A stretch of 64,000 nucleotides of DNA from an uncultured Candidatus Rokubacteria bacterium (GTDB lineage Bacteria; Methylomirabilota; Methylomirabilia; Rokubacteriales; CSP1-6). The stretch spans positions 1 through 64,000 of the forward strand of contig CAWBMV010000036.1 in NCBI GenBank assembly GCA_963789955.1, written 5' to 3'. The notes below the pieces were generated by a model. The model did no database searches. It was not told the DNA's origin and worked only from the letters and a program-made list of their open reading frames with translations. Position 1 is the stretch's first letter. Each line of letters opens with the position of its first letter. Shown piece by piece: positions 10,963-20,032 of the stretch. Made by a program: the position numbers and the translations under genes.

Positions 10963-12192
10963 ATGATGCGCCGTTCCATCGTCCTTGCGCTGCTCCTCAC
11001 CCTCCTCGCTATCGGACACGCTGTCGCGGGCGATCTGCCGACGACGAAGCCCGAGCAGGTCGGGTTATCGTCCGAACGGCTGGAGCGCATCGGGCAGGTA
11101 CTCCGCGCCGACGTTGAGCGCGGAAGGATTCCGGGCGCCGTCGTCGTCGTCGCCCGCAAAGGCCGCGTTGCGTGGGTGCAGGCGGTCGGATTTCGCGACA
11201 AGGCTGCCGGCGCGTCGATGACTCCCGACTCGATCTTTCGGATCGCGTCCATGACGAAGCCGATCGTCACGGTGGCGGCGCTCTCACTGTTCGAGGAGGG
11301 CCGGCTGCTGCCGTCCGATCCCGTGTCGAAATACATTCCCTCGTTCAAGAACCAGACGGTCGGCCTAGAGCGGACCCCGGCCGAGCGCGAGATGACGATC
11401 CAGGACCTGATGCGGCACACGTCCGGGCTAACCTACGGCAACCGGGGCAAGACGGAGATTTTCAAGATGTACCCGGAGTCGTCCAACGTGGCCTCGTTGA
11501 CCCTGACGATGGACGAGTTCATCGCGCAGCTGAGCCGAGCTCCACTCCTCTACCAGCCGGGCACGCGCTGGGAGTACAGCCTGTCGACCGACGTCCTCGG
11601 GCGCGTGGTCGAGATCGTCTCGGGCAAGCCGCTCGGTGAGGTCCTCGCTGAGCGCGTCTATCGGCCGCTGAAGATGACGGACACGACGTTCCTCGTGCCC
11701 GCGGAGAAACGCTCGCGCATTGCGCAAGGGCTACCCGTCCATCCCGACACAGGGGCCGAGTTCAAGCTTGCCGATCCATCGGTGCCGAGGAAGTTCGACT
11801 GCGGCGGCGGGTGCGCCGTATCGACGGCAGGCGACTACGCGCGATTCGCCGAGATGCTCCTCAATCGCGGCAGCCTCGACGGCGCGCGCGTGCTGAGCCC
11901 GCGGACCGTCGAATTCATGACCTCGGATCACCTCGGAGCGATCTCCCACGGCACCGGCGCCACCGGGTGGCCGGGCTACACCTGGGGGCTCGGCGTCGCG
12001 GTCCGCCAGGACAAAGGAATCGCGCCGATCCCGGGCTCAGCGGGAGATTTCTACTGGCCCGGCGCCTTCGCGACCTACTGGTGGGCCGACCCGAAAGAGG
12101 AGCTGGCGGTCGTCTTCATGACGCAGTCGCCGCTGGGCGGCCACTACGCGCACCTGATGCGCGGCCTCGTGTACCAGGCGATCGCGAACTAG
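10963..12192 (+). CDS. Serine hydrolase, beta-lactamase/class C-like family
   Basis: FRIASMTK (SxxK), LMRHTSGL, WEYS, GDFYWPG; GGAGG RBS; signal peptide. Confidence 0.9.
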   Translation: MMRRSIVLALLLTLLAIGHAVAGDLPTTKPEQVGLSSERLERIGQVLRADVERGRIPGAVVVVARKGRVAWVQAVGFRDKAAGASMTPDSIFRIASMTKPIVTVAALSLFEEGRLLPSDPVSKYIPSFKNQTVGLERTPAEREMTIQDLMRHTSGLTYGNRGKTEIFKMYPESSNVASLTLTMDEFIAQLSRAPLLYQPGTRWEYSLSTDVLGRVVEIVSGKPLGEVLAERVYRPLKMTDTTFLVPAEKRSRIAQGLPVHPDTGAEFKLADPSVPRKFDCGGGCAVSTAGDYARFAEMLLNRGSLDGARVLSPRTVEFMTSDHLGAISHGTGATGWPGYTWGLGVAVRQDKGIAPIPGSAGDFYWPGAFATYWWADPKEELAVVFMTQSPLGGHYAHLMRGLVYQAIAN

Positions 12193-12398
12193 CGAGCACG
12201 GGAGGGTACAAGTCCGTCGGCGGCTGCGCCGCCGGCGCTGACCCGATAAGTAGCTCGCTCGTCGTCGTGTCACCCGTCTCGTTGACTCCAACCTTCACGA
12301 AGCGGCGCTTCTGCGTCTAGCGCCACGATCCCGAGTTCCTCGCGTCGCTTCGGTGCCTGCCGTCTGAGGCGCTTGAACCCGGTGTTACCGTATCGATC

Positions 12399-13787
12399 GT
12401 GAAGGCAACGAGCGCCAACGATCGCGACGAGCCAAGACACACCGAGCAGAGCAGGGGCCAGCTCGCCTTACACATTGGCTCGACTTTGGTGACGCGCGTG
12501 GTCGTCATGCTCATCGCCTTGCTCTCGTCGGTGGTGCTCGCCCGCACTTTGGGTCCCGAGGGGCGGGGAGTGTTCGCATTGATTTTTCTCCTGCCGAGCC
12601 TGGCCACGAGCCTCGGGCTCCTTGGTTTCGAGCAAGCGAACGTGGTGTATTCCGGCCTCACGCCCGGCAGCCGAGGAGGCCTTGTGTGGCAGTCGGCCGC
12701 CGTCGCGCTGGGCGTGGGCGGAGCGGTCGCCGCCGCCGGAGTGGTGTATTTCCTCGCCGGCGCGCCCGGGTTCGAGGCCCTGGCGGCTGCCCCGCCTGCG
12801 CTCGTGCTGCTCATGTTGGCGACCATTCCCGCTCGTCTCATCGTCGAATACTGGAGCGCCATCGTCCGAGGAATGAACCGGATCTACCTCATGAACGTGC
12901 TCGAGGTTGGTACGAAAGTCATCGCGTTCCTCGGTGTCGTAGTTCTCGTCTGGGGACTCGACTTCGGCGTGGCTGGAGCGGCTTGGAATGACGCCGCCGT
13001 GTGCATCGGCGGTGCGGTCGTTCTCGGCTTCGTCCTCCGCTCGGTCGGTGCGTGGCGCAAGCCGACGTGGGATTCGAGCCTATGGCGACGGGTCGCAGGC
13101 TTCGCGCTGGCTGTTCACGCCGGTACCGTCGCAGCATATCTGAACTACCGGGTCGACGAATTCATCGTGGCTGCGCTGCTGCCGGTGGAGCAGCTCGGAC
13201 TCTACGCGATCGCGGTCGGGCTGGTCGAGCGGATCTGGATCATTCCGGGCTCGGTGGCGAACGCCTTGCTGCCGCACCTGACGAATCGTCGGGACGGGGA
13301 TTCCGTCGTCTCCGCCGCGATTTGCCGTCACGTGGCGATTTGGACGGGAACGGCGTGCGTCGTTGTGTACGTTGTGGCCGACCCGCTCGTGACAATGCTG
13401 TTCTCGTCGTCCTTCTCAGGGGCCGTTTCACCGCTGCGTTGGCTGCTGCCCGGTATCTTCACCCTGAGCATGGGAAGGGTCCTGGTCGCTGAGCTCCTCG
13501 CTCGGGAGAAGGCTCGGTACACTGTGTGGGCGTCGGCTGCAGCGGTCGTGGTCAATGTTGCTGGCAATCTCTTGCTCGTACCGCGGATGGGTATCTCGGG
13601 AGCATCGCTCGCCTCGTCGGTGTCGTACACGATCATGTCGGTGATCGTGAGCTGGTACTACCTGCGCGTCACGGGATTGTCATGGAAAATTCTCGTGCCG
13701 CGCACATCGGATCTGTCAGCCTACAGAACGCTGTGGCGCATGGTCGTCCGCGGCCATGTCGCTTCCTCCGCGAGTCGAGGGGCGTAG
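12399..13787 (+). CDS. Wzx/oligosaccharide flippase (MOP superfamily)
   Basis: LARTLGPEGRG, LNYRVDEF, GLYAIA, LVPRMGISGASLASSVSY; many hydrophobic helices. Confidence 0.85.
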   Translation: MKATSANDRDEPRHTEQSRGQLALHIGSTLVTRVVVMLIALLSSVVLARTLGPEGRGVFALIFLLPSLATSLGLLGFEQANVVYSGLTPGSRGGLVWQSAAVALGVGGAVAAAGVVYFLAGAPGFEALAAAPPALVLLMLATIPARLIVEYWSAIVRGMNRIYLMNVLEVGTKVIAFLGVVVLVWGLDFGVAGAAWNDAAVCIGGAVVLGFVLRSVGAWRKPTWDSSLWRRVAGFALAVHAGTVAAYLNYRVDEFIVAALLPVEQLGLYAIAVGLVERIWIIPGSVANALLPHLTNRRDGDSVVSAAICRHVAIWTGTACVVVYVVADPLVTMLFSSSFSGAVSPLRWLLPGIFTLSMGRVLVAELLAREKARYTVWASAAAVVVNVAGNLLLVPRMGISGASLASSVSYTIMSVIVSWYYLRVTGLSWKILVPRTSDLSAYRTLWRMVVRGHVASSASRGA

Positions 13788-14221
13788 GAGCTTTCCCGGG
13801 GGGCCCGACTACGGTGATCACCTAATTGACGCGACTGCAACGCGAAACTAGAGGCCACGGTAGTTTCATGAAGGGAGTTTGTCAGTGATCCGGAGTGCCT
13901 CGTGAGGTCGAACGTCATAACGATGTGGTCTCGCACAGAGTCCACGAAACACTTCCACGCCGGCGTGATGAAGGTGAGACGGAAAAGACGGGCGCGGGCC
14001 CGTTCGGCCGTCTGACTTCGTAGCGAGAGCAAGTCATGAACCGTCCGTATTGCGGGCTGCGCCCGCGCGTAATCCACAACTCTGTGCCCGCGCTCCAGCG
14101 CGGCGGCGAATTCATCGATCGCAGGATGACGGCGTCTCTGAGCACACGCGTTTGCAAACTCCGTCACCCGGCGATGCCGAGGTCGGGCCTCTCGCCGTCA
14201 ATTCGCTTTGGGGGAGCAGTG

Positions 14222-14958
14222 ATGGGGTTCAGGTCGGTGTTCGTGAATCAATTGAAGACGATTCCAAGCAAGCTACCGTCTCCGGTAAAGCGGTCGGGCC
14301 ATGCGATCATCGACGGGGTGGACGCCCGTTGGCGCCACTGGCGATTCGCCCAACATGTCAGAGCTTTTCGTGCCACCCCCGCCGCGTTCTATGACTCCAG
14401 GCGGCTGGCCGCCATGCACTGGGCCTGGGGGGAACGAGAACTGGTCTGCCGACGCCGGATACCTCGAGGCGCTGGCACGACGCATGGCCCACACAACGGG
14501 CACGGTTCTCGAATGCGGGAGTGGGCTCACGACGATTGTGCTCGGCGTGCTGGGCGAGCGGCGGGGCGTCCAGGTTCTGAGCTTGGAGCAGGACGCGTGG
14601 TGGGCGAGCTACGTTCACTCGCCTCCACATCACGCAGGTGGAGCTCGTGCATACTCCCCTCGACGATTTCATGTGGTTCGATGTAGCCACGGTGAAGTTC
14701 CCATATAGCTTCGAGCTCGTCGTCTGCGATGGGCCGGCGCTCTACGGCCACCCGGAACCGTATCAAAGCGCCTGGCGTGTCGGCCTCCTCTCTGTCTTGC
14801 GCGACCACGGTGTGCGAGCCGACGAGATCCTGTTGGATGACGCCGAAGACCTGGTTCGCTGCGGGCACGGTGGGAGCGGCGGCACGACTTCGGCACGCAG
14901 ATCGCGCAGACGGCACCGGGAGCTATCTCGTTGCACGCGCGGCTGGGCTCGATGGTGA
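14222..14958 (+). pseudogene. Class I SAM-dependent methyltransferase, multiply frameshifted
   Basis: VLECGSGLTT, SLEQD, VVCDGP and ILLDD across three frames. Confidence 0.65.
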
Positions 14959-15203
14959 CCTCGACGGCCGAGCGGATCGGACACCGTGAAGGTGTCTCAG
15001 ACACGCTCGACCGTCGTTACACGAGCCCGAACTTCACCGCCTGGTTGCCCGCGGCCGCTTTCGTCATCGTCGAGAGCAGCGCATCTGCGTCGAGTCCAAT
15101 ATCCAATGCCCGCCTGACTACTTTCCCTGTTTCATCTACCGGCCGACCTGGACGAGGGGCGGCCAATTGCTCAAGTCAGACGTGCGGACCAACCAACGGT
15201 GTC

Positions 15204-15239
15204 CGATGGTTCTAGCGCATTTCTGACACAGAGAACTCG
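15204..15239. repeat. Third, degenerate copy of the att arm motif
   Basis: CGATGGTTCTAGCGCATTTCTGACACAGAGAACTCG aligns with 9024-9059 with 5 mismatches in 36. Confidence 0.7.
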
Positions 15240-15378
15240 TACTCGATCGCCTGAGTCGCCTGCCGCAGCATCGATGGCTCGTGAGGCCTAACGCCTTGTA
15301 TCAGGACAGCAGTCATTGATCCAGCGCGTGCGCTATCAAGTGTCCGTTAATCTTGATGCGGTTGCCTGGAGCGCTGGA

Positions 15379-15398
15379 TTGTGCGGGTCCTGTGCGGG
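15379..15398 (-). repeat. Tandem CCCGCACA arm-type sites upstream of integrase, inverted relative to 16727-16756
   Basis: TTGTGCGGGTCCTGTGCGGG: two copies, 11 bp period. Confidence 0.6.
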
Positions 15399-15587
15399 AC
15401 GGTCGACCCGCGACGACGCCGTTGCGCACATGGCCGCGGTGATCTCGCGCTGGTAGTTCTCGACTCGCTTACTGCAACGATCAACGGTGTTACGTGAACC
15501 CGTACAGCGCACGTGATCAGCCTTCCGGAGACGCACTGGACTTTCTTCTGCCGGCAAGCCGCAGCAACATGTGAGAATCGCGGGCGA

Positions 15588-16871
15588 ATGGACCCGCACA
15601 GTAGCGACACAGCCGGATCGAACGCCCCCGTGAATGAGCCCGCCCCTTTGCCGTCTGTCGAGCCCAACCGCATTCACATCCGTGGCTTTGGCAGCATCTA
15701 CCGCCGAGGCGGGCGGTGGGCGGTCGAGTTTTGGAAGGGCGGCGTCCAGCACCGCGAGAGTGCCCGCACCACAAGCGAGCAGGAAGCCATTGCCCACCTC
15801 CGGAAGCGGGTGGAGGAGTTCGCCCAAGGGAAGTACGTCGGCGCGCGCTCCGACCGCGTGACTGTCGCTGACCTTCTGAAGCTCGTCACTGCCGACTATG
15901 CGGCGGCCGGCAACCGCTCGGGCCGGACGCTCAAGTACCGGGTCGGTACCCTGGCGTCCGAGTTGGGCCACCTGCGCGCGACCAACGTCTCGTCGAGCGC
16001 CGTCGAAGCCTATAAGGCCAACCGGCTGTCCGAGGGCAAGGCGAAGGCGACCATCAATCGAGAGCTGGCCTGTCTGAAAAGGGCGTACCGACTGGCCGAG
16101 TCGAGCCGCCCGCCGCTTATCGGCGCCAACTGCGTCCCTTCTATCGAGCTCTACCGGGAGGACAACGTACGCCGTGCGCTGTTGGACTATACGGACTATG
16201 TAGCCCTGCTGGCGCATCTCCCGGCGCCGATAGACGACGCTGTTACCTTCGCCTATCTGACTGGGTGGCGCCGGGCCGAAGTCTTGGGGCTGACATGGCT
16301 CGAGGTAGACAGAGCGCACGGCCTTATCACCCCGCCGCCCGCGCAGTCGAAGAATGGGGACCCCCGCGAGCTGCCTCTATCTCCCGCCCTTTCTGCTCTG
16401 ATAGAGAAGCGTTGGCAGACCCGCCTTGTCGATGGGCCGTCTGGTCCCCGTGTCTGTGAGCGGGTGTTTCATCGAGACGGCGAGCCCGTCCGAGACTTCC
16501 GGAGTGCGTGGTGGAAGGCGGTTCAGGCGATCGGCAAGCCCGGGCTTTTGTTCCACGATCTACGGCGCGCGGCTCTCACTAACCTCGTGCGGTCTGGCGT
16601 CGGGGAGCAGGTAGCTATGCGGATCAGCGGACACCGCACCCCGTCGGTATTCAGACGCTATCGCATAGTCTCGACCGATGACGTGCTCGCAGCTCTCACT
16701 CGGACTGAATCAGGATTGACGGCTGACCCGCACAACTCGGCAATATTCCCGCACAACGGAAAGGGCAACGCGCAGGAGGAGTCACGCATACCGATTCGTA
16801 AGATCGTGATAGTGCGGAAGCTAACCAGCCCCGGAACCCTTCATCCAGCAGGCAGCGCCCCCAGTACTTAG
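15588..16871 (+). CDS. Tyrosine recombinase/integrase
   Basis: N-terminal GFGSIYRRG arm domain, ATINRELACL, catalytic R (TGWRRAE), K (SKNG), HDLRR, SGH and Y (FRRY) all present. Confidence 0.93.
   Translation: MDPHSSDTAGSNAPVNEPAPLPSVEPNRIHIRGFGSIYRRGGRWAVEFWKGGVQHRESARTTSEQEAIAHLRKRVEEFAQGKYVGARSDRVTVADLLKLVTADYAAAGNRSGRTLKYRVGTLASELGHLRATNVSSSAVEAYKANRLSEGKAKATINRELACLKRAYRLAESSRPPLIGANCVPSIELYREDNVRRALLDYTDYVALLAHLPAPIDDAVTFAYLTGWRRAEVLGLTWLEVDRAHGLITPPPAQSKNGDPRELPLSPALSALIEKRWQTRLVDGPSGPRVCERVFHRDGEPVRDFRSAWWKAVQAIGKPGLLFHDLRRAALTNLVRSGVGEQVAMRISGHRTPSVFRRYRIVSTDDVLAALTRTESGLTADPHNSAIFPHNGKGNAQEESRIPIRKIVIVRKLTSPGTLHPAGSAPST
16727..16756 (+). repeat. CCCGCACAA direct repeats in integrase 3' end (arm-type sites)
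   Basis: Exact 9-mers at 16727-16735 and 16748-16756; an 8-mer also at 15593-15600. Confidence 0.6.
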
Positions 16872-17546
16872 AATCAGAGCAGTGGATTTTCCATACACCT
16901 GCGCCGGCGAGGGGCCGCCCAATTTCAAGTTCTCAAAACGACGCGTGGATCGCTGGATAGAGACGACCGTGATCGCCATGAGGTCTGTATTCGGGATCGA
17001 CTCGCGCGCGTGGCGAGTTTCGGGACCCTGACGTGAAGGCCCATCGGGCGACCCATGCGTGCAGAACTACTGGAGGATCTATCCCGTTAGTCTCAGCTGA
17101 GCAAGCACGCAAGTGCACACTGCCGACGCGAGGTCACGCAGTTCCGCGGCGCTGACGATCGGGAGTCCGTGCGTAACGAGATAGAGCACGACCACATATT
17201 GCACGAGTCGCTGCACCACAACGAGCATCGCCAGCACCCTTCCCCGTGTCGCCATCCGTCATTTCGATCCGGAAACATTGACGGTGCGCAACCCTAGGCG
17301 TTTACGAGATGCAAGAGATTTACCAAGCAAGGAATCCACGCAGTTACGGCACATATGGGTCACCTCTGTTTGTCGCTGCGCGGTTCTTTACCCGGATTGT
17401 GTGGTCCGAAACTGCCCGGCTGGGCCAGCCAACACGCTCTAGGCGTAGGCCTCTGCGGGCGGGGGCCACACTCAGAACGTTGGGCGGGCACCCGGGCTGC
17501 GTCGAGCAGTCAGAGCCGGGGAAGGTCGCAGTGGCTGCTTAAGAAG

Positions 17547-17754
17547 TGGCAGAGGGCGAGGGATTCGAACCCCCCAAGGGCCTCGCGGCCCGGTGGATTT
17601 CAAGTCCTCAAAATCGCGGGCACCATCGGGCACTATCGGACGTCACTGGCAACAATCTCAGGCTCTTGTCCAGTCGTCAGTGCGGCTCTTGTGTCCATTG
17701 GTGCCCGTTGATGGACGATAGTTCTGGCACAATTCTGACACAGTGAATTCGCTC
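17547..17754 (-). mobile_element. attR-like site: 3' half of tRNA-Ser (anticodon loop to CCA) plus arm
   Basis: 17547-17607 is nearly identical to 19314-19373; identity stops just past the anticodon loop; arm motif at 17716-17754. Confidence 0.88.
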
Positions 17755-18754
17755 ACTCGATGATCTGGTCTGCTCGGACCAGAATAGATTGTGGGATCGT
17801 CAGCCCGAGCGCCTTGGCCGTCTTGAGGTTGATGACCAACTCGAACTTGGTCGGTTGCTCGACCGGCAAGTCGGCCGGTCTGGCGCCTTTAAGGATCTTA
17901 TCGATGAAGACGGCAGCGCGTCGAAAGTTGGCCCGAAGGCTCGGACCGTAGGAGATCAGCCCCCCACTCTCAGCCGCTTCGCGGAACGGAGACATGCTCG
18001 GGAGGCGATGCTTCGCCGACAGCTCGGCCAGACGCGCCCGATGCGCGCCCAGCATGGGATCGGCGAGAACGACGACCGCGCCCACCCGCTCCTGCACCAT
18101 CGACGCGAAGGCGTGCTCGAAGTCGCCCGGGCCGCGCACTTCTGCCTTGTACACCGTCAGCGCGATGCCGCGCGCCGCCGTCTGTGCCTCTTCCCAGAAG
18201 AGCTGATGCGTGGGATTCCCGCCGTTCGTCAGCAGCGCGACGCGTGAAACTCGTGGGAGCACTTCCTTGGTGAGCTCGAGCCATTTGCCTGTCAACGCCA
18301 CGGCCAGGTTGGATACACCCGTGATGTTGCCGCCAGGCCGCGCGAGGCTGGCAACAAACCCACGACCGACAGGGTCGCCCGATCCGGCCATGACGATCGG
18401 GATGGTACTAGTGGCCTGCTTGGCCGCCAGGACGATCGGATCACCGATCGTCACGATGACATCGACGCGCAGGCGGATCAGTTCGGCGAGGAGCTCTGGA
18501 ATCCGGTCGAACTGTCCGTTGGCCGATCGGAATTCGATGATGAGGTTCTGCCCCTCCACGTAGCCGAGCTCGCGCAGACCATCGCGCGTGGCTTGCCACA
18601 GGTGGCTTTCAAGTTTGGCGCCCTCGAGAAACGCGACGCGGGCGACACTCGGCCGCTGCTGCGCCTCCGCGGCGAACGGTGTCGCAAGCACACCTAGACC
18701 AAGGCCGCACAGGAAGCCGCGGCGGTCGACGGTTGGGGGATCAGGACTGCTCAT
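17753..18754 (-). CDS. ABC transporter substrate-binding protein (ABC_sub_bind type)
   Basis: RRGFL signal, GLRELGYVEGQNL, SLARPGGNITG, GGLISYG, PADLPVEQPTKFELVINLKTAKALGLTIP. Confidence 0.92.
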   Translation of the reverse strand: MSSPDPPTVDRRGFLCGLGLGVLATPFAAEAQQRPSVARVAFLEGAKLESHLWQATRDGLRELGYVEGQNLIIEFRSANGQFDRIPELLAELIRLRVDVIVTIGDPIVLAAKQATSTIPIVMAGSGDPVGRGFVASLARPGGNITGVSNLAVALTGKWLELTKEVLPRVSRVALLTNGGNPTHQLFWEEAQTAARGIALTVYKAEVRGPGDFEHAFASMVQERVGAVVVLADPMLGAHRARLAELSAKHRLPSMSPFREAAESGGLISYGPSLRANFRRAAVFIDKILKGARPADLPVEQPTKFELVINLKTAKALGLTIPQSILVRADQIIE

Positions 18755-18844
18755 CTGTTGCGAGGAAGCTAGGGCAGTGCTCTGCACGGGTCAAGGGGCT
18801 GCCAGCTGAAGCCCAAGGAAGCAGGCTGAAGGGACTAGCCCGGT

Positions 18845-19285
18845 CTAGCTCGCCTCGACCTGGCGGAGGGCATAGGCGACCTGCTCTTCGGAGAATTTCG
18901 ATCGCTTCATTGGTCCCGTCCTTTCGTGGTGGACCGCCGAAGCCGTCACCTTACTCCAGTTTTGATCTGCCGTCGTTTTCGGGGGAGACGTCACGTGCCC
19001 GGCCTCGGCAGAAACGTCAGCGGCGGCACCTGGCCGAGGCTGTCGTGGGGCCGCTCGGTGTTGTAGGTCTCGAGCCAGGCCTCGGTGATTTCGCGCACCT
19101 GCTCGAGGGAGTCGAAGAGGTACGCGTCGAGGACCTCTTCGCGAAACGTACGATTGAACCGCTCGATGAAGGCGTTCTGATCCGGCTTCCCGGGCTGGAT
19201 GTAGCCAATGCCGATCCGCTGCGCCGTGCACCACTCGACGAAGGCCTCGGCGGTGAGCTCGGGCCCGTTATCGACGCGCACCCGG
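18845..19285 (-). mobile_element. IS3-family remnant: OrfB C-terminus, then left end, then OrfA N-terminus
   Basis: VDNGPE..IQPGKPDQNAFIERFN..YNTERPHDSLG (19281-18991), TG-starting IR-like end at 18993, MKRSKFSEEQVAYALRQ (18910-18845). Confidence 0.85.
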
Positions 19286-19313
19286 GTTGGCCGGCGGATA
19301 GTGTCTCGTAAGT

Positions 19314-19402
19314 TGGCGGAGGGCGAGGGATTCGAACCCCCAAGGGCCTCGCGGCCCGGTGGATTTCAAGTCCACTGCCTTGCCAGTTGAGGCTAGCCCT
19401 CC
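19314..19402 (-). tRNA. tRNA-Ser(TGA)
   Basis: GGAGGGC/GCCCTCC acceptor stem, G discriminator, CCA, GTGGA-CT TGA AA-TCCAC anticodon arm, long variable arm, GTTCGAATC. Confidence 0.96.
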
Positions 19403-19545
19403 GTGCCCAATTGCGAGCGACACTTACGATACACCGGCTCGGGGCTCGCTCGGGCGCGATGCAGCGTCGACCAGGCTCTCAGCGTTCGCCTTTGAAGAAG
19501 GGGACGAGCGCGTAGTTCACGGCCTGCCGCGCTGGGACCCGATCC

Positions 19546-19824
19546 TCAGCCCAGCAGCTCGACTTCGACGAAGATCAGCTCCCGGTCGCCCCCATTGAAC
19601 ACGTCGTGCTCGACGCCGGCCTGCCGAAAATAGGCCTGGCCGCTGGTCAGATCCGCCAGCGACTCCTTGCCCCCCTCCACGATCCGCATGCGGCCGTCGG
19701 TTATCGGAACGACGACGTAGTCGTACTCATGGCGATGAAATCCCGTGTGAGCGCCCGGAATCAGACGGTGCCGCGTTACCCGCGCCCGAGCGTTGTCGAC
19801 TTGACGGTCAGCCTCTTCGAGCAT
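19546..19824 (-). CDS. Cupin domain protein
   Basis: TGFHRHEYDYVVVP and AGVEHDVFN..FVEVE; GAGG RBS. Confidence 0.85.
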   Translation of the reverse strand: MLEEADRQVDNARARVTRHRLIPGAHTGFHRHEYDYVVVPITDGRMRIVEGGKESLADLTSGQAYFRQAGVEHDVFNGGDRELIFVEVELLG

Positions 19825-20032
19825 GGCCACCTCGGTCAGCGAGTCTAGCAGAGCCCGGCACGGAAATCGGCCATCGCCGCGTCCGGAAATTCCCGAGTGC
19901 AACATATTGCCGGATGAGAACAATAGATTCCGGAAAGATCTGAATAAACACCCCTTGTCAGAATTGCGAACCTCGTCTAAAAATAATTACTCGACTCTGA
20001 CAGCTCGCTCGATGTGGAAGGGGACGGCCAAC

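Noticed and set aside
10963..12192. Antibiotic-resistance beta-lactamase on an island
   Set aside because: The motifs fit the broad esterase/serine-hydrolase family; resistance cannot be inferred from sequence alone
13721..14167. 148-aa minus-strand ORF or riboswitch in the flippase-methyltransferase gap
   Set aside because: No recognisable protein motif and no riboswitch consensus that I can identify
15017..15140. Minus-strand frame ending ..ALDIGLDADALLSTMTKAAAGNQAVKFGLV*
   Set aside because: It looks protein-like but has no convincing start and an upstream in-frame stop; at most an unassignable remnant
17547..17607. Second functional tRNA-Ser gene
   Set aside because: The 5' half (acceptor 5' strand and D arm) is absent; it is an att duplicate
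8987..17754. CRISPR array or integron attC cassettes
   Set aside because: The repeats are kilobases apart with no spacer periodicity and no cas genes; GCCTAAC at 15286 has no matching GTTRRRY partner and I see no IntI-specific insertion in the integrase
19314..19402. Possible tRNA-Sec
   Set aside because: The anticodon reads TGA (Ser), not TCA, and the acceptor stem is the standard 7 bp
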